Of a stretch of DNA of 14,183 nt, positions 9,176-14,183 are shown one piece after another (within the stretch, counting starts at the first letter, position 1; every line of letters begins with the position of its first letter). Both the position numbers and the translations under genes were made by a program. Under the pieces are notes generated by a model. That model was not told where the DNA came from and ran no database searches. It saw only the letters and a program-made list of their open reading frames with translations. Source of the stretch: Zygophlyctis sp. KS116. Taxonomy: Eukaryota; Fungi; Chytridiomycota. The DNA lies in NCBI GenBank assembly GCA_054661495.1, contig BAAFSQ010000255.1, positions 1 to 14,183 of the forward strand, in the 5' to 3' direction.

Positions 9176-9985
9176 ATGATCTTTCAATATCTTGTTATTG
9201 CATATTTTGGATATTATGTGGAATGCATTGATCATGATATTTCTCTTGGTAAACCCCCATTTATGGCACACTCTCCTGCTTTCTTAAATCAGGTACCGAC
9301 AGTAAAGAATGGGTTGCCAAAGCCTAAAGATGGAAGATTACGATTACCACATTTGCTCGACAACTCTCTAAATTCTTGGGGAAATGATATATTACCCAAT
9401 ATTATTTCTGTAGGAATCAATCGCTACAAGATTTCAAAGTTTAGCGGAAGTGGGGATGAAGGCAAAGTGTTTGAAGGATATGATTTATCAGATCCGCAAA
9501 GAGAGTCTGTAATTATAAAAATATTCCATCCTAGAAGTAAAAATATGGATATTTTGATTTCTTTTCTAAATGAAAAACGGGCATTATTGTATCAATCAAG
9601 GCTAATACAAGCAGATGAAAAGTCTCAAATAATAGTCTCCAAGAAAATACAAGGAAAATTGCTAGATGCATGTATTAATGATCTTATTATGAACGAGGAA
9701 TATGAAAATGTGGCAGATTTGTTGTACAAGTATTTGGATTTGCTTCCATGGTTTCGCCAAACTTATCATTTAGTTCATGGAGATGCACATCCAAAAAATG
9801 TAATTGTTGATAAAGATGGAATTTTACATTTGATTGATTTTGGGTTTACCGTTCGGCTTTCTAATGATAGTGCAGTAGCAGAAACTCAAATTGAGAACGA
9901 TGACTCTATAATGATGCATTGGGCTAATTTTTATTTAAAGTTTATGGAGTCAAGAGTTCATGGGATTGGCTGGGATAACTTTTAG
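9176..9985 (+). CDS. Putative secreted minimal (atypical) protein kinase-fold protein, 269 aa, catalytic motifs intact
   Basis: Signal-peptide-like MIFQYLVIAYFGYYVEC; Gly loop GSGDEGKV, VIIK, helix-C Glu (FLNEK), catalytic loop HGDAHPKN, LIDFG; only 46 aa after DFG and no APE motif. Confidence 0.8.
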   Translation: MIFQYLVIAYFGYYVECIDHDISLGKPPFMAHSPAFLNQVPTVKNGLPKPKDGRLRLPHLLDNSLNSWGNDILPNIISVGINRYKISKFSGSGDEGKVFEGYDLSDPQRESVIIKIFHPRSKNMDILISFLNEKRALLYQSRLIQADEKSQIIVSKKIQGKLLDACINDLIMNEEYENVADLLYKYLDLLPWFRQTYHLVHGDAHPKNVIVDKDGILHLIDFGFTVRLSNDSAVAETQIENDDSIMMHWANFYLKFMESRVHGIGWDNF

Positions 9986-10102
9986 ATTTAATTACTAAAC
10001 TACTACATTTTTAATCAGTACTTCCACGCATTTTTGAATTCCTTGATCAACAAACGATCAAGCCATTGTAGCTGAGGGCTGAAATCATATTGCTTGATTA
10101 TC

Positions 10103-11607
10103 ATGATTTTTATGTCCCTTGTGATTGCTCTCTTATCAATTAACCATGCAATGTATAAGATAATTTACTGATCAAACAGAGCATTTGAACTGTTGCCATT
10201 TGCAATGCACCGAGGACTTTCTCCCAACATTCTTCCACCGCCGAATAGAATTGGAACACAGCTTTCGCTAAAGGAAAATAATAAGGAAAGCTTTGGGTCG
10301 AAAGTAAAAAAACTTTGTATTAATGTTCAACTTATGTCATAATGGAGTATGATCAATTGGAAAATAAACGTTTACTAAAATCTCTTGGGAATGCGGATGC
10401 AGATCTAAATTTCCCTTTTATTGTGCGTTTTGGAGATTCTCGTAAACTAGATTTTACAGTTACCAAACGTATAAATGTAGATTCTAGTAGTGTTTTGTAT
10501 CTAGCTTATCGCTTAAAAGGGCAATGGAATGAAAGAGTTCCAGTTGTAATCAAATCGTATAAGGCTGGCTCAAATACCTATAGGGATTTTATAAGTGATC
10601 TTCATTTTTTTCGAAAGGAATCAAGGATTATCACTGTGGATTTCCAACATTGTAATATTGCGCTCGTGAAGATGAAGGGGGTTCAAGAGTTTTATCAAGG
10701 GGAGGAAGGCTTGGTAGAACCGAAATTTGAGTCTTTATCAGCTGTAGATGACGGGGATGATCATGGATTAAGTAGTGCTAAAGATTCTAGTTTAGATTCT
10801 GAAGAAGTGGAGGCTCAAAATATATCAAATGAATTCGCAGACTCTGATAATGATTCAAAGAGTTGGGAAATTGATAATCAGGAGCGATTTCAAAAGAAAA
10901 TTCAATTAAGGGCTGCTGCTGAAAGTCCATTACATAAGAAATCAAACTTTTATGCAGATGATAATATTTTGGGCACCAACCAGTTCTCTACAGAGTCTTT
11001 AGAAGACTCCGATTCAAAAGCAGTGATTAGATCTTTGTGGAACCCGACAAAAATTACGCTTCCTTTAACAATAATGATAAGTGATGGTACTGGAAAGGAA
11101 GAGTTTATTGTCAAAGAAAAGGTTGGAATTAGTGTCAAAGGGGCAATATATAAGGGTTTCTTTTCAAATACACCTTCAAGGATTTTGGTGCTTAAAGTGT
11201 TTCGTGGTAGCACTAAGATGGAATCCTTTAAAAATGAAACAACTGCATTATCCAAACTCTCAAGGCTTGTAAAGGCTGATCATAAAAATGCACTGATTGT
11301 AGAATCCAGTGGTGAAGGACCATTTATAATTGATGTTTGGTCAGAACTCAACAAAAATAAAGAGTCTGAAAAATTCAAAAGTCTTTTGCAGAAATATCAA
11401 CAGATTCCAGAAGTTTTAAAAGAGAAATATGGTGTAATTAATGTCAATGTTCAACCGTATAATGTTGTTGTTGATAATGAAGAAAATCTTCACGTATTAG
11501 ATTTAGATGGAGTTAGATTACTTGATGCATCGAATCAGGAGGATGAAGTTAAAGGAATTAAATCAACGGTCGATAGCGAGGAAGCTCGTCGGTTACTTTT
11601 TGTATAA
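10103..11607 (+). CDS. Putative secreted pseudokinase paralog (signal peptide, isolated N-lobe, acidic linker, degenerate kinase domain), about 483 aa; model exons 10103-10152, 10180-10316, 10343-11607
   Basis: Leader MIFMSLVIALLSINHAIA mirrors the neighbour's MIFQYLVIA; clean 27-nt GT-AG intron 10153-10179. The C-terminal domain aligns to the neighbour (LVLKVF/VIIKIF, SFKNE/SFLNE, SRLVKAD/SRLIQAD, LLQKY/LLYKY, NVVVD/NVIVD) but has NVNVQPYN and DLD. The junction near 10304-10347 and the 3' end are uncertain. Confidence 0.65.
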
Positions 11608-11744
11608 CTTGGATCATTGTAACATTCAAGGAGATTTGATGTCGAATATTTGCAATATTTCATGAAGTAAAGCTGCAATACTATACAACTGATCTTTTTC
11701 AAAAATGGCCTATTCTCATAATATTAATACAATAAAATACTCAT

Positions 11745-13345
11745 TTATTGCTTTCCTCTTATTCTAATTGATAATTCCTTCAAGATACTTTTAATGTCTT
11801 CTCCAGAGCCTCCAAGAACCGATGAGTTCTCCTGGGCTCTACGATGCAGATATGGTATGGTAACTTCGACTGGACCATAGGGAATATACTTTTTTGAGTA
11901 AAAGAAAATGGTACCTTATAAACTTTTACTCCCTTTGATGCCAATCCATAAGTTGTTTGGTCTTGCATTCCCATCAACTGAGCAAATGAAACTGTTCCAT
12001 CAGATGCATTTATTTTTGGGTGCATGTCCAACAGCTTGTACACATGGTCAATCGAATTTTTATTATGGGAGGCAACTACGAATCGAAGCGTTTGAATTCG
12101 ACTAGATGTAGAAGATGATTCAGCTACAGATTCCATTAGAAATTCACAAGCCTTGTTAAATGACTTGTGTGTATCTTCAATTGTATCATTGATTGGTGAA
12201 GGATATTTGAATTCCTTTGCTCGATCTCTTTCGGATACCATATACGCCCCACGTACAATTTTCACACCAAAGGAATATTTTAACCGTTTGGCGAGAACCG
12301 TATCAGAGACAAGCCTTTCATATGCATCCTTTAGATAAAGCTGATAAGTATTATAAATCAGAGCATATTTCATTCTAGAATCACCCGACTGGCTTAATGG
12401 GACATTGTACTTTTGACAAAGTCTAAGCGCAATATCATCTATTGCAGGCTGAAAATAAGTTTGCTCTGCATCTATCATGATGCGTACTTTTTTAGTACTA
12501 GCATAATCACAAACTTTCTCCAACTCCTTTAAAACAAGTTGTGCAGTCTCTATATCATCAAAAGTAACATAATCTTTTCCTTCAATTACAATTGCCTTTG
12601 CAAAATTTTCATTATGAATAGTCATTACTGCCGACAAATCAAGCCAATCAATAAATCCATCCTGATCATGGTCAGCAGCAGTAAATATTTCATTGCAAAC
12701 ATTTTCAGTTAATGCAGGAAAATGCACTGATAACCTTTGTAAATCAGAAGCTGTAATCTTATTGTTTTGAAACTCTTGGGCAAAAACCGTCTTTAAATGA
12801 CAGAGAGAGGATGACCATCTTTGAAGAATTCCCGGAGGAACAAAAGCCGTCACCTTTAGTGCAATAAAATTCCCTGGCTGTGCAGATGCAATATCAATAC
12901 TTTCATTCATCATCACTGCTATTTTTAAAGCAAAATCTTGTGCCTCCTTTGCCGATAATGTCTTTCCGTCCAAATCAGCCTCCATTGCTAAATCCAAAAT
13001 TGATCCAATATTAGATTTTTTAAATGATTCAATTGTTGGAATGACTTCTTTCAGATTTTCTCCTCCGCAAAAATGATTAAAGAATGTAGCTTTAATCATT
13101 GAATAGAAAGGTCTTGATAGTCCCAACCTTTTAGAAGTGTCAATCAGAACTGGTGTTGAAGCAACCAATGGCTTAATTCTACATAATTGAAAAACAACAA
13201 AAGAATTCAAGAGTTGTAAACTTGCCTTGTTCTGATAAGGTCTCAAATTTGGATCATTGAGGGATGATGCATTCCTTATTGTATATGAGATCGGATGCAT
13301 CATTACCTTTTTAGAATACAGAGACTGACATGAATTGCGAATCAT
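11745..13345 (-). CDS. PUT1: Mitochondrial proline dehydrogenase (proline oxidase) with EF-hand-like insertion, about 524 aa; exons 13345-11915, 11888-11745
   Basis: FFNHFCGGE, IMIDAEQTYFQPAID, YNTYQLYLK, GVKIVRGAYM, VASHN, FAQLMGM. The 26-nt intron 11889-11914 restores VYK|YIPYGPV..IPYLHRRAQEN. Basic presequence-like N-terminus from ATG 13345 (AAAAAAAATG context); alternative ATG at 13366. Confidence 0.93.
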
Positions 13346-13435
13346 TTTTTTCTTGTTAAGCCACATGTATCCATTATTTCCACCTCTGACAATCAATCGG
13401 ACAAGTGTTTCAAGAGATTTTTATTGCATGATGTG

Positions 13436-13461
13436 TATCTTTAGTAAATATCTTTAGTAAA
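13436..13461. repeat. Perfect 13-bp tandem duplication TATCTTTAGTAAA x2
   Basis: 13436-13448 and 13449-13461 are identical; located upstream of PUT1. Confidence 0.8.
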
Positions 13462-13675
13462 CAATTGATCTCTCTAGACCCAAGATCCCACCTTGATCAC
13501 TGATTTTTCTAAATTGTAATTTTAACAGTTTTGCATAATCATTAAATCATTCTATATCCAATGATTTGCATTTGCTTTAAAATGTAATAAAATAATAAAA
13601 TTGTACGAAGAATGGACATAAAAACTTGAGAATTAGGTAAAAAACCGCAAGATTTATTAGAAATATATCAAATAT

Positions 13676-14158
<483 letters not shown>

Positions 14159-14183
14159 TCACTTTTTTAAATTCCCGGCAAGG

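Noticed and set aside
1223-12338. Small ORFs 1223-1492, 2024-2254, 4169-4396, 5529-5789, 7874-8089, 8727-8957, 10950-11255, 11081-11272, 11908-12105 and 12153-12338
   Set aside because: Antisense or alternate-frame shadows of well-supported genes with no recognisable motifs

Overview
Very AT-rich, extremely compact eukaryotic DNA read with the standard genetic code. Gene content and protein style point to a fungus, most plausibly an early-diverging or zoosporic lineage (inference only). I reconstruct 11 protein-coding genes: NAC-beta/BTF3, GDP-mannose pyrophosphorylase, a dynein roadblock light chain missing from the ORF track, a TPR-like protein, a two-domain glycosyltransferase (GT-A plus fucosyltransferase-like), Cgr1-like, DIS3/RRP44, two paralogous signal-peptide-bearing minimal kinase-fold genes, proline dehydrogenase and calmodulin. 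The fragmented ORF track is explained by 17 tiny GT-AG introns, 16 of 25-27 nt and one of 30 nt, all starting GTA. Spacers between genes are as short as 8-64 nt. The most novel-looking element is a tandem pair at 9176-11607: an apparently secreted active minimal kinase next to a paralogous secreted pseudokinase carrying an extra orphan N-lobe, whose leader seems to be joined through a non-canonical or mutated GT..AA 26-nt intron. A 31-32 bp tandem repeat with about 10.5 bp internal period occupies the left edge.
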